The notes beneath the pieces are model-generated. The model worked only from the letters and a program-made list of their open reading frames with translations, searched no databases and had not been told where the DNA came from. From an uncultured Gammaproteobacteria bacterium (GTDB taxonomy: Bacteria; Patescibacteriota; Patescibacteriia; Magasanikbacterales; GWA2-37-8), in NCBI GenBank assembly GCA_964510495.1, contig CAZECR010000003.1, positions 550 to 64,549 on the forward strand: a stretch of DNA of 64,000 nt. The letters run 5' to 3'. Positions within the stretch are counted from its first letter, which is position 1. Each line of letters opens with the position of its first letter. Below, in pieces: positions 48,014 to 57,603 of the stretch. The position numbers and the translations under genes were made by a program.

Positions 48014-48550
48014 ATGAACAAGATATCCGAGAAGCTACTCCTCTATCGTATCCAAGCCAAACATAACCCCGAAGCGTTTGGTGAACTATACGATGCCTAC
48101 GTAAAACAAATCTACCGTTTTGTTTATTTTAAAGTTAGCTCTCGCGAAGAAGCCGAAGATGTCACTGCCGATGTTTTTTTAAAAACGTGGAACTATCTCC
48201 GCGAAAATAAAGAAGTTAAAAGTTTTAGTGGACTTTTGTACCGTGTTGCAAGAACTGCCATTATAGATGTATATCGGAGTCGTGCAAAAGAGCCCCAGCT
48301 CATGAACGACGAAATGGATGTAACCGATGGGGGAGCGTGGTACAAAAAATTAGAAATAAAAATTGAAAATGAAAAATTGATTCAGGCTTTAAAAAAGTTA
48401 AAGCAGGAGTATCAAGAAATAATTATCCTAAGGTTTGTTGATGAACTTGAGCTGGATGAAATTGCAGAGATTATGGGCAAGGGTTCAGTCGCTGTTCGGG
48501 TGACCTTGCACCGAGCACTTAAAAAATTAAAAGAAATTGCGAAGCAATAA
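48014..48550 (+). CDS. ECF RNA polymerase sigma factor
   Basis: EAFGELYD, AEDVTADVFLK, LYRVART (region 2); EIAEIMGKGSVAVRVTLHRA (region 4). Confidence 0.95.
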   Translation: MNKISEKLLLYRIQAKHNPEAFGELYDAYVKQIYRFVYFKVSSREEAEDVTADVFLKTWNYLRENKEVKSFSGLLYRVARTAIIDVYRSRAKEPQLMNDEMDVTDGGAWYKKLEIKIENEKLIQALKKLKQEYQEIIILRFVDELELDEIAEIMGKGSVAVRVTLHRALKKLKEIAKQ

Positions 48551-48556
48551 AAAAGT

Positions 48557-49921
48557 ATGGATAGTAATTTGGTACGACAACTTAAAAAAATTAAGCATGC
48601 GGATATCAACCCGCGTGAAGAATGGGTCAAAAATAATCGCGCCCTTCTTTTGTCGCAGGTAAAAAATACCGTACCCGTTATTACCGAGCAAACCGCTGCC
48701 GCACGCCTTGAACGAGTTTGGTCAGGAATGGCCATTTTCTTCCCACGTAGTTTTGTTTACAATTTTGTCCGTCCCGTTGCATTGGTTGTCCTGGTAGCCG
48801 TTGTCGCTACCAGCAGTTATGCCTTTAGCGCAAACGCCTCAAATGACGCCCTCCCAGGTGATCAGGTACTCTACCCAGTAAAGCGCGCTTTTGAAGCTGT
48901 TGAAAAAACGAAAGTCGCTTGGGTTGGTACCAATAATGATCAGGCAAGGCTTAGTCTCGAACTCGCGAGTCGTCGCGCCGAAGAAGCCAAACAGATTGTC
49001 AACGACCCGGACAAAAAATCTCATATTTCTGAAACAGTCTCTGATCTTAAAGACGAGCTTCAAAATGTTAATAAAAATTTAGAAACGATCAAGAACGCAT
49101 CGGATCAAACACTTTCTTCTCAAGTAGTGACAACTATTAAAGAAAATACTGACAGCATCAAAGATGCGCTCCAAGAAGTAAAAGATAATTTACAAACAAG
49201 CTCGACCACAGCAGACAGTGACCTGAGCCAAGAAATAAGCATTGCTAAAGACTTGGTTAAAGATACGGGCGTTAAAACAGTAGAGGTAGTAGTTGCCAAA
49301 CATCTCGCCGACGATCATAGTATATCTAAAGAGGACGTGAGCAGTATTATCACCACCGCACTCGATACCGCAGCAACTGATATCGGCGGGTCTAAGGTGC
49401 ACGTCGACGGCGTAAAGAATATCGTGGATGTCGTAAAGACCGAGGTTAAGGACTTAACAACTGGCGCTAACAGTAAGTCTGCTGGAGCGCTCGCTACTAC
49501 AACACTGGCCTTTAATACGACCATTACCAACGTAGCGGCTGAGACTAAAGATGCTGCTACCAAAACGAATGCAGTTTCCGAGCAGGTTGGTAAGACAATT
49601 TTCGAAGCCAAAGCACTGATTGCAACCGGGGACCTTTCTAAAGCGATCGAGGCGATTAAACAAGTAACCGAAGCGAGCAAGGAAGCTGAAAAAATTTCTG
49701 ACACTACTCTTGCTAAAGTAAAAACAGTCTTGCCGATAGTACAGGTAATTAAGGATCAAAATGACGCTTCGCTCTTGGCGCCTACAGGCACAGTAATGAT
49801 AGTGGTAACAACTACCCCCGACCAAAAACCAATTGTAGTTATGGTATCGGGAACAACTTCAACTGTAGTTAAAGCAACGAGTACGACTGCGGTAACAACG
49901 ACGAGCTCATCCCTTAAATAA
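48557..49921 (+). CDS. Putative anti-sigma factor, DUF5667-like
   Basis: 6 bp after the sigma gene; TM then ALPGDQVLYPVKRAFE...ASRRAEEA; helical body and Thr-rich tail. Confidence 0.7.
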   Translation: MDSNLVRQLKKIKHADINPREEWVKNNRALLLSQVKNTVPVITEQTAAARLERVWSGMAIFFPRSFVYNFVRPVALVVLVAVVATSSYAFSANASNDALPGDQVLYPVKRAFEAVEKTKVAWVGTNNDQARLSLELASRRAEEAKQIVNDPDKKSHISETVSDLKDELQNVNKNLETIKNASDQTLSSQVVTTIKENTDSIKDALQEVKDNLQTSSTTADSDLSQEISIAKDLVKDTGVKTVEVVVAKHLADDHSISKEDVSSIITTALDTAATDIGGSKVHVDGVKNIVDVVKTEVKDLTTGANSKSAGALATTTLAFNTTITNVAAETKDAATKTNAVSEQVGKTIFEAKALIATGDLSKAIEAIKQVTEASKEAEKISDTTLAKVKTVLPIVQVIKDQNDASLLAPTGTVMIVVTTTPDQKPIVVMVSGTTSTVVKATSTTAVTTTSSSLK

Positions 49922-49926
49922 ACCAT

Positions 49927-50130
49927 GCTATTTTCTTCTCCTACTTTCTGTCAGTTAGGCTGGCTGAAAGAATGGGGGAGAGAATAGGTTTTAAAAAAGA
50001 TCAGTCTAAGGTCGAAGGCCCATACGGGTTTGCCTGATCATTGTATTCCCGCTCTATAGATATCAAAGATACCTATATCGGGAGAACCTTAGTTCATTTG
50101 ACGCTGCTTCGGCAGCGCGCAGATGGGTAA
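49927..50130 (+). other. Highly structured 5' UTR of the S-layer-like gene
   Basis: Stacked hairpins: CTATTTTCTTCTCC/GGGGAGAGAATAG, CTAAGGT/ACCTTAG, TCCCG..TATAG/CTATA.CGGGA, CGCTGC-TTCG-GCAGCG. Confidence 0.6.
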
Positions 50131-50148
50131 GGAATTAAATTATTTATT

Positions 50149-53100
50149 ATGAACGATGTAAAAAAACTTGGAACCAAGATTTTGAACGTCGTCGTTTCTC
50201 TTGCTGTGACCGTAGTTTTCTCCGGTCTCAACGCTGCACTCTTACCGCTCGCCGCTCAGGCAGCTGTTTGCCCAGCTTTGAATGCAGGTGACATGCTTAA
50301 AGTAACTGGTAAACCAGCTATCTACGCTGTCAACAACGACCTCAAAGTCCTTTATTTCCCAAATGGTGACGTATTCAAGAGCTGGAGACCAACCTACGGT
50401 GGATATGTTTCCATCACTCAGGAATGTTTCGACTCTTTGTCCGTACCAAGCACATACCCAGGTGCAGTTAACTACCAACCTGGATCATATGTCGTGAAGC
50501 GCCCTTCTTCCGACCAACTCTACGTAGTTGAACCGGGCAATACTTTGGCAAAAATCACAGCTGATGCTGCAAAAGCTCTCTACGGCACTAACTACAAAGT
50601 TATGGTCGTTGACGATGCTTTCTGGCCACATTACACCCAGCGCGGTGCAGACGTAACTGAAGCTAAAGTACACCCAGGTATGCTCGTCTCAAACGGCGGC
50701 AAAACTTGGTATGTCAACAAAGATGGCAAGTTACAAGAAGTAACTTCCACTGGTATGACAGCTAACGGTTTCCAGACCAAGTTTGTCCACGCTGTCTCTG
50801 ACAGTGCGGTTGCTGGTCTTATGACCGATGTAGCAATCACTGCTGAAGTCAAAGCCCTCACGGACAAGACTCAGAGTGGTGGCGTTGTTGGCAACCCAAC
50901 TCCAGCTAACGGAAGCCTCTCGGTTTCTTTGGCTAGCGACAACCCATTTGCAACAACAATCGTTTCTGATACCACCAATGGTGCTCAGGGACAAATCCCA
51001 ATGTTGAAATTGAACTTCGCTGCCGGCAACGACGGCGATGTAAAAGTTACTTCTGTCCAATTCAAGAGAACAGGTATTTCTGCTGACACTGATGTCCAGA
51101 ATCTCTACCTCTATGACGATATGGGCACGAAAGTAGGTTCAAACCCAAGCATTTCTAATGGTTTGGTAACCTTTACCAACTCTTCCGGTCTTTTCACCGT
51201 AAGCCGCGGTACTGTTAAACCAATCTGGGTAAAGATGGATCTTAAGACCGCAGTTTCTGCTGGTAAGACGATCGGATTCTCAATCCAGGCTGCTTCTTCA
51301 ATTATCACTACCTCTGGTACTGTTAGTGGAAGCTTCCCATTGTCCAGCAACATGTTCACCACAGCTTCGGTAACGGATCTTGGTAAACTCGTTTTGACCA
51401 GTGTTACTCCTGCAGCTAACGCTACAGTAGATCCTGGTACAACTGGATATGAAATCTGGAGACTCCAGGCACAAAACACTTCTCAGGATACTGAAATTCG
51501 TCGTTTAGTCTTCACTATCGTTGGCTCTGTTAACGTTGGTGACCTCATGAATTTCTCTCTCTGGGATGGTGCAACTCAGATCGGCAGCACTGTTGCTGAT
51601 ATGAACTCAGACAAAACAGTTGTATTCGACTGGTCTGCTGCTCCATATGTTATTACCAAAGGACAAACCAAGACTTTGAGCCTTAAGACTGATGTAGTTG
51701 CTGGTACAAACCGTACTTTCCGCGCTACTATTCAGAACAGCTCTGACTTTGTTGTCTACGATCGTGGATACAATGTCTTCTTGAAAGCCAATGGTACTGA
51801 CAGCTTCAATATCATTGAACCAAACAATGCTGGTACTGCAGTTAACTACAGTGTAAACACTGGTTCTTTAACTCAGACACTCGCATCAGATTCTCCAACT
51901 GGTAACATTGCTGATGGCGCTACTAACGTAACCCTCGGTAAATGGAACTATAAAGCTAATGGTGAAGCTGTTAAGATCAATAGTCTTAGCGTTTCTTCAA
52001 CCCTCAGTGTTACAACTGACAAATTAGCTAACGTTCGTTTGCTTGTTAACGGTTCACAGGTTGGTACCACTATCACGTCTTTGACTGGTAATGGCGTAGC
52101 AAACACTGGATTCGGTACTTTTGGAAGCAGCTTTATTATCCCAGCTGGCTCTTCTAGTACTATTACCGTTGTTGCTGATACTACAGATACAACCATCGCT
52201 GCTAACGACACTGTCGTTGTTGGTTTAGTTGGTACAACAAGTAATGCTCAGGGAACTGTTTCCTTAAGCTCACTTACAACTGTTAGTCAGAATGCTAACA
52301 CCTTAACAGTAAAAGCAGGTACAGTTACTGTTACTGCTGACGCTTCATTTGGTAACAAATCTGCTACCAATCCAAACGGCACAGTAAACGCTACTCAGGC
52401 TAAAGTCGGTTCTTTCATCATTACCGCTGGTGCCGGAGAAGACGTTGATGTTTCTCAGATCACTTTGACTGAAACAGCAGCTAACTGTATTGGTGATTAC
52501 ATGCAGAATTTGACCCTTAAGGATTCAACTGGCAAACAACTTGGCCAGACCTATGCAAATCCTAACCCAAATCCATGTACAACCGCTAACACCTATACCT
52601 TCAACATCACTCCAGCTGTTCGTATCGTGAACGGTGCACAGTATGCTGTTGGTATCTATGCTGACCTCAAAGCTACTTACACTTCTGCCTCACCTCTCTT
52701 CAAGGTTAGTGCAGTAACTGCTAACGGCGTTAAGACCGGTACAAGTGCAAGTTTCTCTGGTAGTGTTTCACTCCAGAACAACTACATCTCTACTGCTGGT
52801 AATTTCACCGTAGCAACAGACTCTGACACTCCAGTTACCACCAACTACTTGATGGGTGCAACTGGTCAGCTTCTTGGTAAGTTCAACATCACTTCTAGCT
52901 CGACTGAGCCGATTAACGTCACTCAGTTGGTTGTAAGTAACCGTTCTAGCTCAGGTGCTACCGGTACACTTCGCAACATCAAACTTATTGACAACGACAA
53001 CGGCCAACAGATTGGTACGACCGTTTCATCGTTTGATACAACAAACAGTGCTGCGACATTCTCACACGCTGTCTTCAGTAACCTTAACTTTGTAGTACCG

Positions 53101-53847
53101 AAAGGCGCTTCAAAAGTTATCCAAGTTGTCGCTGATATCGTTTCCTACGATGACAGTGGTTTCACTACAACTGGCCAGACTTCCAACCTTGCTATCTTAG
53201 AGCAATATACTGGCGCTTCGTATAGTGTTACTGCAACTGGTGCCTCTTCTGGTACTGTTGTAACTCCTGCTGTTCTTGCTAGTGGTGTAAGTGTAAGTGG
53301 TGTAAGCACAGATGTTGCCTACGCTGCTACAAGTACCTTCTACCGTGCTAAGCTTACTACTGCTTGGTCTTCTGACGCTCCATCCGGTGCATCATCGGGT
53401 TCTGCTTCTCAGACTATCGCCAAGTTTGTTGTTACAAACTTAGCTAACGCTGGTAACTACACAGCTACTGTTAAATATATTAACTTCGAATTGTCCACAA
53501 CTCTTTCACAGGCTGGTGGATCAACTCGTGCGTTAACTGTTTACAAGGACACACTTAGCACTACTGCGCTTGCTACTACCAGCTTTGGTAACTCAACCGG
53601 TAATGCTTTGGCTGCAGGTACTACATATACCACTGCCATCCCTGATGCTAACTTCACTGATGTTAGTATCTCCTCTGGTTCTTCGAAGACTTTCTTCGTA
53701 ACCTTGGATACCAGCGATGGTGCACAGTCCAAGTCCCTCTCGATCCGCATCCCAACGGGTGGTATCGTTTGGTCTGATGGTGTTACTGACACCATTACCG
53801 CCATGGGCCTTGACTTGCCATTGCAGTACAAGACCTTCACCTACTAA
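50149..53847 (+). CDS. Major cell-surface (S-layer-like) protein, 1232 aa
   Basis: Signal peptide ...AAQA; T/S/G/N/V-rich beta repeats (LSVSLASDNP, LASDSPTG); strong high-expression codon bias; aromatic C-terminus. Confidence 0.8.
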   Translation: MNDVKKLGTKILNVVVSLAVTVVFSGLNAALLPLAAQAAVCPALNAGDMLKVTGKPAIYAVNNDLKVLYFPNGDVFKSWRPTYGGYVSITQECFDSLSVPSTYPGAVNYQPGSYVVKRPSSDQLYVVEPGNTLAKITADAAKALYGTNYKVMVVDDAFWPHYTQRGADVTEAKVHPGMLVSNGGKTWYVNKDGKLQEVTSTGMTANGFQTKFVHAVSDSAVAGLMTDVAITAEVKALTDKTQSGGVVGNPTPANGSLSVSLASDNPFATTIVSDTTNGAQGQIPMLKLNFAAGNDGDVKVTSVQFKRTGISADTDVQNLYLYDDMGTKVGSNPSISNGLVTFTNSSGLFTVSRGTVKPIWVKMDLKTAVSAGKTIGFSIQAASSIITTSGTVSGSFPLSSNMFTTASVTDLGKLVLTSVTPAANATVDPGTTGYEIWRLQAQNTSQDTEIRRLVFTIVGSVNVGDLMNFSLWDGATQIGSTVADMNSDKTVVFDWSAAPYVITKGQTKTLSLKTDVVAGTNRTFRATIQNSSDFVVYDRGYNVFLKANGTDSFNIIEPNNAGTAVNYSVNTGSLTQTLASDSPTGNIADGATNVTLGKWNYKANGEAVKINSLSVSSTLSVTTDKLANVRLLVNGSQVGTTITSLTGNGVANTGFGTFGSSFIIPAGSSSTITVVADTTDTTIAANDTVVVGLVGTTSNAQGTVSLSSLTTVSQNANTLTVKAGTVTVTADASFGNKSATNPNGTVNATQAKVGSFIITAGAGEDVDVSQITLTETAANCIGDYMQNLTLKDSTGKQLGQTYANPNPNPCTTANTYTFNITPAVRIVNGAQYAVGIYADLKATYTSASPLFKVSAVTANGVKTGTSASFSGSVSLQNNYISTAGNFTVATDSDTPVTTNYLMGATGQLLGKFNITSSSTEPINVTQLVVSNRSSSGATGTLRNIKLIDNDNGQQIGTTVSSFDTTNSAATFSHAVFSNLNFVVPKGASKVIQVVADIVSYDDSGFTTTGQTSNLAILEQYTGASYSVTATGASSGTVVTPAVLASGVSVSGVSTDVAYAATSTFYRAKLTTAWSSDAPSGASSGSASQTIAKFVVTNLANAGNYTATVKYINFELSTTLSQAGGSTRALTVYKDTLSTTALATTSFGNSTGNALAAGTTYTTAIPDANFTDVSISSGSSKTFFVTLDTSDGAQSKSLSIRIPTGGIVWSDGVTDTITAMGLDLPLQYKTFTY

Positions 53848-53882
53848 TCGAGTTTAAGGGTAGCAAAAACCCTAGCACAATT

Positions 53883-53917
53883 CCCCCGGGCCGAAAGGCT
53901 CGGGGGGTTGTTTTTTT
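53883..53917 (+). terminator. Intrinsic terminator
   Basis: CCCCCGGGCC-gaaa-GGCTCGGGGG followed by a T run. Confidence 0.85.
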
Positions 53918-53973
53918 GGGTTTAATTTGATATTGTGGAAGATGAGAGCAGCTTATTTTTTTCTTAAAATAGC

Positions 53974-56253
53974 ATGAATCGTTTCACTTTATTCTTCAAA
54001 AACGCTTTGTATTTTCCACTGTTTGTACCGCTTCTGTTTACCCCGTTTACTTTTTTTGCGGCTCATTTTGGTAAAACAATGATTTTTCAGCTTAGTATTG
54101 ATGTGTTGGTTGTAATTCTTTTGGTGGCTTTATTGGTAGGCAAGAAAGTGATTGTCAGCCGATCGGTGCGATGGAAATCGCTCAATTGGCTTGATCGATC
54201 CCTGGTAGTATTTTTAATAATTTTAGTGATCACAAGTATCACTGGTATTAATCAATCAGTGAGTTTTTGGGGTGACCAGTCTCGAGAGAACGGGGCGTTA
54301 TTGTGGCTTCATCTGGGTGTCTGGTATTTTCTCATGAGGTCTTTTTGGAACACTGAAGAATGGCGACGTAGTTTTAGTGTAGTAACAGGTGTAGGTGTCG
54401 TTATTGCGTTGACGGGCTTTTTTCAAAACAGTCTTCCGAGTGCTTGGGGTTTAGCATCGGATGACCGTCTACAAGGTATTCTAGGAAATTCAGCGTATAC
54501 TTCGCTCTATTTAGTTCCGGCATTTGGTGCCTCGTTGGTAGTAATGGCTCGTCAGTGGACTGGTTCATTTAAAACAGCCTGGAAGACGGGGGTGGCCGGT
54601 CTTTGTGCTGCTTGTATCGCTGTAGCTTTGGTGCTGACCCAATCACGTGGTAGTGTCGCGGGCTTAGTGGCTGGGCTTATTTTTGGCCTTATAGTGATGG
54701 TTTTTACGCTACCAAGTAAAAAGGCTAAGCGGGTGGGGGGCGCAACCCTTTTTGTAGTGCTGCTGCTGGGTATAGTGTTTGCAGTGAGTGCTCGGACTAC
54801 CTGGGTCCACAAGCATGTACCATTGGTGAGCCGTTTTTTTGACACTTCAAGCTTTATGGAGGGAACGGGAAAAACTCGTCTGATGGCTTGGGAGATTGCG
54901 AAACAAGGTTTTTTCGACCATCCTGTTTTGGGTTGGGGCCTCAATTCTTATGAAGCGATTTATAGCAAATACTATAATCCACTTTTTTTAAAGTACTCAT
55001 TCTCCGAAACCGTTTGGGATAAACCGCATAATTGGTTTTTAGAAGTAGCTACGAGCGCTGGGGTTGTGGGCCTGGTAAGTTACAGTTTAATTTTTGTTAC
55101 CGCGCTGTGGTATGTACTTAAAAACAGCAAGACAAGACAGGGTGATCAAACGGTACTGGTAGATGCTTCGTTAAAAAAAGATAGTTTGCCCGCGACCGTG
55201 GCATTAATTGTCGCAGGTACGCTCGTTGCGTATGGTGTGCAATTGCTCTTTCTGTTTGAAACAACCAATTCATTATTACTATTATTTTGGCTCATTGCTT
55301 TTGTATCGGTTCATTATGGCTCAGCAGAAGGTCAAAAAACTGACTCAATTGTCTTGGTGCCCAATGGCTGGTATAAACCATGCATGGTTTTGGGTGTAGT
55401 GTTGGTTTTAGTTCAGGGTTATAAAGGGAGTGTTCTGCCGCTAAAGGCTTCGTACCATCTTGAGAAGGCACATGCAGCCAATGATTTTACAACGTGGTCG
55501 GTGGAAGCCGCGCGTTCCTTAAATGTTCCAGTAGCCTTTCAAGGTGAAGTGGGTGTTTTTTTAGCTGAACGCTTTGTGCAGCTTGATAAAATGGATTTTC
55601 CGTTGGACTCCGCAACAACAACTGCTCTAGAGGTTGCGAGCATGCTTGAAGATCAATCCACGCTTCACCCGCTTACAATAGCGTATCCTGTCTGGGCAGC
55701 TCAGATCTATGCGGTGCTGGGAGAAAAAATTGATCCAAAATATTTGGATGATGGTCAGCGACTTGCAGAACGAGCGTTGGCTCTTTCACCTCGCAAACAA
55801 GATATTTTATTCATCCTTGGACGAATTCATTTGTTAAAAAAGGAGTTCCCGCAAGCGTTACAATTACAACAAGAAGCCGTGGATGTTGAGCCGAACATTG
55901 CTATTAGTCATTGGTTTCTGGGTCTGAGTTATCAGGCTGCCGGTCAAAGCAAAGAAGCTTTGGTTGAGATACATCGAGCATTTGAGTTAGGCTTTTATCC
56001 TTCCGCTGAGCAGCGGTTCTATGTTCTTGACTTAGAGTTGGCATCTAAAAATTACGATGCTGTAATTGCTGGGTATACCACCTTTTTACAAAGTGAACCA
56101 GATAATCCTAATTGGTACATACGTCTGGCCACAGTATATGCGGTAAAAGGGGATAAAAAATCAGCGCTTGAATTTGCCCAAAAGGCAGTTGCACTTGATC
56201 CGAGTATACAGACAGCAGCAGAGGCTTTTATCAAACAGTATAAGTTACAATAA
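53974..56253 (+). CDS. O-antigen ligase (Wzy_C) family protein with C-terminal TPRs
   Basis: Multi-TM; RLQGILGN, TQSRGS, TRLMAW, PVLGWG, DKPHNWFLE; TPR tail. Confidence 0.85.
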   Translation: MNRFTLFFKNALYFPLFVPLLFTPFTFFAAHFGKTMIFQLSIDVLVVILLVALLVGKKVIVSRSVRWKSLNWLDRSLVVFLIILVITSITGINQSVSFWGDQSRENGALLWLHLGVWYFLMRSFWNTEEWRRSFSVVTGVGVVIALTGFFQNSLPSAWGLASDDRLQGILGNSAYTSLYLVPAFGASLVVMARQWTGSFKTAWKTGVAGLCAACIAVALVLTQSRGSVAGLVAGLIFGLIVMVFTLPSKKAKRVGGATLFVVLLLGIVFAVSARTTWVHKHVPLVSRFFDTSSFMEGTGKTRLMAWEIAKQGFFDHPVLGWGLNSYEAIYSKYYNPLFLKYSFSETVWDKPHNWFLEVATSAGVVGLVSYSLIFVTALWYVLKNSKTRQGDQTVLVDASLKKDSLPATVALIVAGTLVAYGVQLLFLFETTNSLLLLFWLIAFVSVHYGSAEGQKTDSIVLVPNGWYKPCMVLGVVLVLVQGYKGSVLPLKASYHLEKAHAANDFTTWSVEAARSLNVPVAFQGEVGVFLAERFVQLDKMDFPLDSATTTALEVASMLEDQSTLHPLTIAYPVWAAQIYAVLGEKIDPKYLDDGQRLAERALALSPRKQDILFILGRIHLLKKEFPQALQLQQEAVDVEPNIAISHWFLGLSYQAAGQSKEALVEIHRAFELGFYPSAEQRFYVLDLELASKNYDAVIAGYTTFLQSEPDNPNWYIRLATVYAVKGDKKSALEFAQKAVALDPSIQTAAEAFIKQYKLQ

Positions 56254-56264
56254 ATTGTAAATCT

Positions 56265-56969
56265 ATGAAATCAAAAAATAAAATTGCACTTATTATTTTA
56301 GCAGGAGTTTTGGTGCTTGGAATTACTGCCGGCAGCATTTGGTATAGTGGTGCATTCGGCATTTCGGAGCGACGCCTCTATGCAAGTATTAAAAATAATC
56401 CTGAATTAGTTGCTCCCTACGAACAGGCTCAGAAAGACATTGAGACCATAAAAAAAACTCCCGATAAAGTCACTGCCTATGTTGATTTGGGTCTCAGTTG
56501 GAAGACGATGGGGGATCTATCGCTCAAAAATAAAGATATTTTTTATCAAAAGGCCCGTGATGCGTATCAGGCAGGAGCACAACGTTTTGGTACTAAAAAT
56601 GTTATTTTTTATCTCAATGACGGTAAGGTTGCTGAGCTTATGGGGGACTACGCTGACGCAGAAGCTAATTATAAAAAAATGATTGAAATTTCAGCGGGGG
56701 ATGAGGCGGGATACATCAGCCTCGCCACACTGTACGATTACAAGCTTCATAAAACACCAGAAGAGATAGTGGCAGTGTATAATCAAGGTATCGCTAAACT
56801 GTTTAATCCGATTGCTTTAGTAAGCGCTCGTGGTACGTATCTTCGTCGTATCGGGGATTATAAGAACGCGTTAGCTGATTATCAATTACTTGTTAAGTAT
56901 TATCCAAATAATGATGGGTATAAGGCAATTGTTCAAGAACTTAATGCCAAGATTAAGGGCGAATTATAA
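56265..56969 (+). CDS. Membrane-anchored TPR protein
   Basis: N-terminal TM; AYVDLG, GDYADAEANYKKMI, GDYKNALADY repeats. Confidence 0.8.
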   Translation: MKSKNKIALIILAGVLVLGITAGSIWYSGAFGISERRLYASIKNNPELVAPYEQAQKDIETIKKTPDKVTAYVDLGLSWKTMGDLSLKNKDIFYQKARDAYQAGAQRFGTKNVIFYLNDGKVAELMGDYADAEANYKKMIEISAGDEAGYISLATLYDYKLHKTPEEIVAVYNQGIAKLFNPIALVSARGTYLRRIGDYKNALADYQLLVKYYPNNDGYKAIVQELNAKIKGEL

Positions 56970-57125
56970 GTTATCCACAGTGACATATATTTTTAGGCAA
57001 AAATACTGTATACTAAATGTATTGAAAACGGAGGGGGGAAAACAACCGTAAGGTTGTTTTTTTGTAATATTTTTTCTTGCAGTGTATAGCGCTCGTGTAT
57101 TCTGTTAAAATAATATTTTGTTTAC

Positions 57126-57530
57126 ATGTCGTTTAATAGCATCATTCCTCCCTCAGAAATATCACTTGATTTTGTTCGGTCATCGGGCCCGGGAGGTCAA
57201 AATGTTAACAAAACGGCCACTAAAGCTGTGGTGCGTTGGCAGGTTGCTTCGTCACCAAGCTTCACTGCTGAAGAAAAGGCGCGTCTTGCTGCGCGCTTAG
57301 CTTCGCGTCTTACCAGTAAAGGTGAAATTATTGTTAGCGACGACACAAGCCGTTCTCAGCTCCAGAATCGAACGGCAGCCGTTCTCCGTTTAAATAAGTT
57401 GGTGCAAGCCGCGCTAGCTGTGCCCAAAGTGCGTCGGCCTACTCGGCCAACAAAAGCTTCTAAAATAAGGCGTCTAGAGAGTAAGCAACGAGTTTCAGCA
57501 AGCAAAAGACTGCGACGCACCGTGGAATAA
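57126..57530 (+). CDS. arfB: Alternative ribosome rescue factor ArfB
   Basis: RSSGPGGQNVNK, RSQLQNR, basic tail RRPTRPTKASKIRRLESK. Confidence 0.93.
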   Translation: MSFNSIIPPSEISLDFVRSSGPGGQNVNKTATKAVVRWQVASSPSFTAEEKARLAARLASRLTSKGEIIVSDDTSRSQLQNRTAAVLRLNKLVQAALAVPKVRRPTRPTKASKIRRLESKQRVSASKRLRRTVE

Positions 57531-57603
57531 AAGTTGGTAAAAATGGCTTTGACTTTTAGCCTCACCAGGCTTATACTTGCTCTATATTTATATTATCTTA
57601 GCT

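Noticed and set aside
37843-56979. DnaA boxes (37843-37851, 56971-56979) as a replication origin
   Set aside because: Isolated single boxes with no cluster and no dnaA/dnaN nearby
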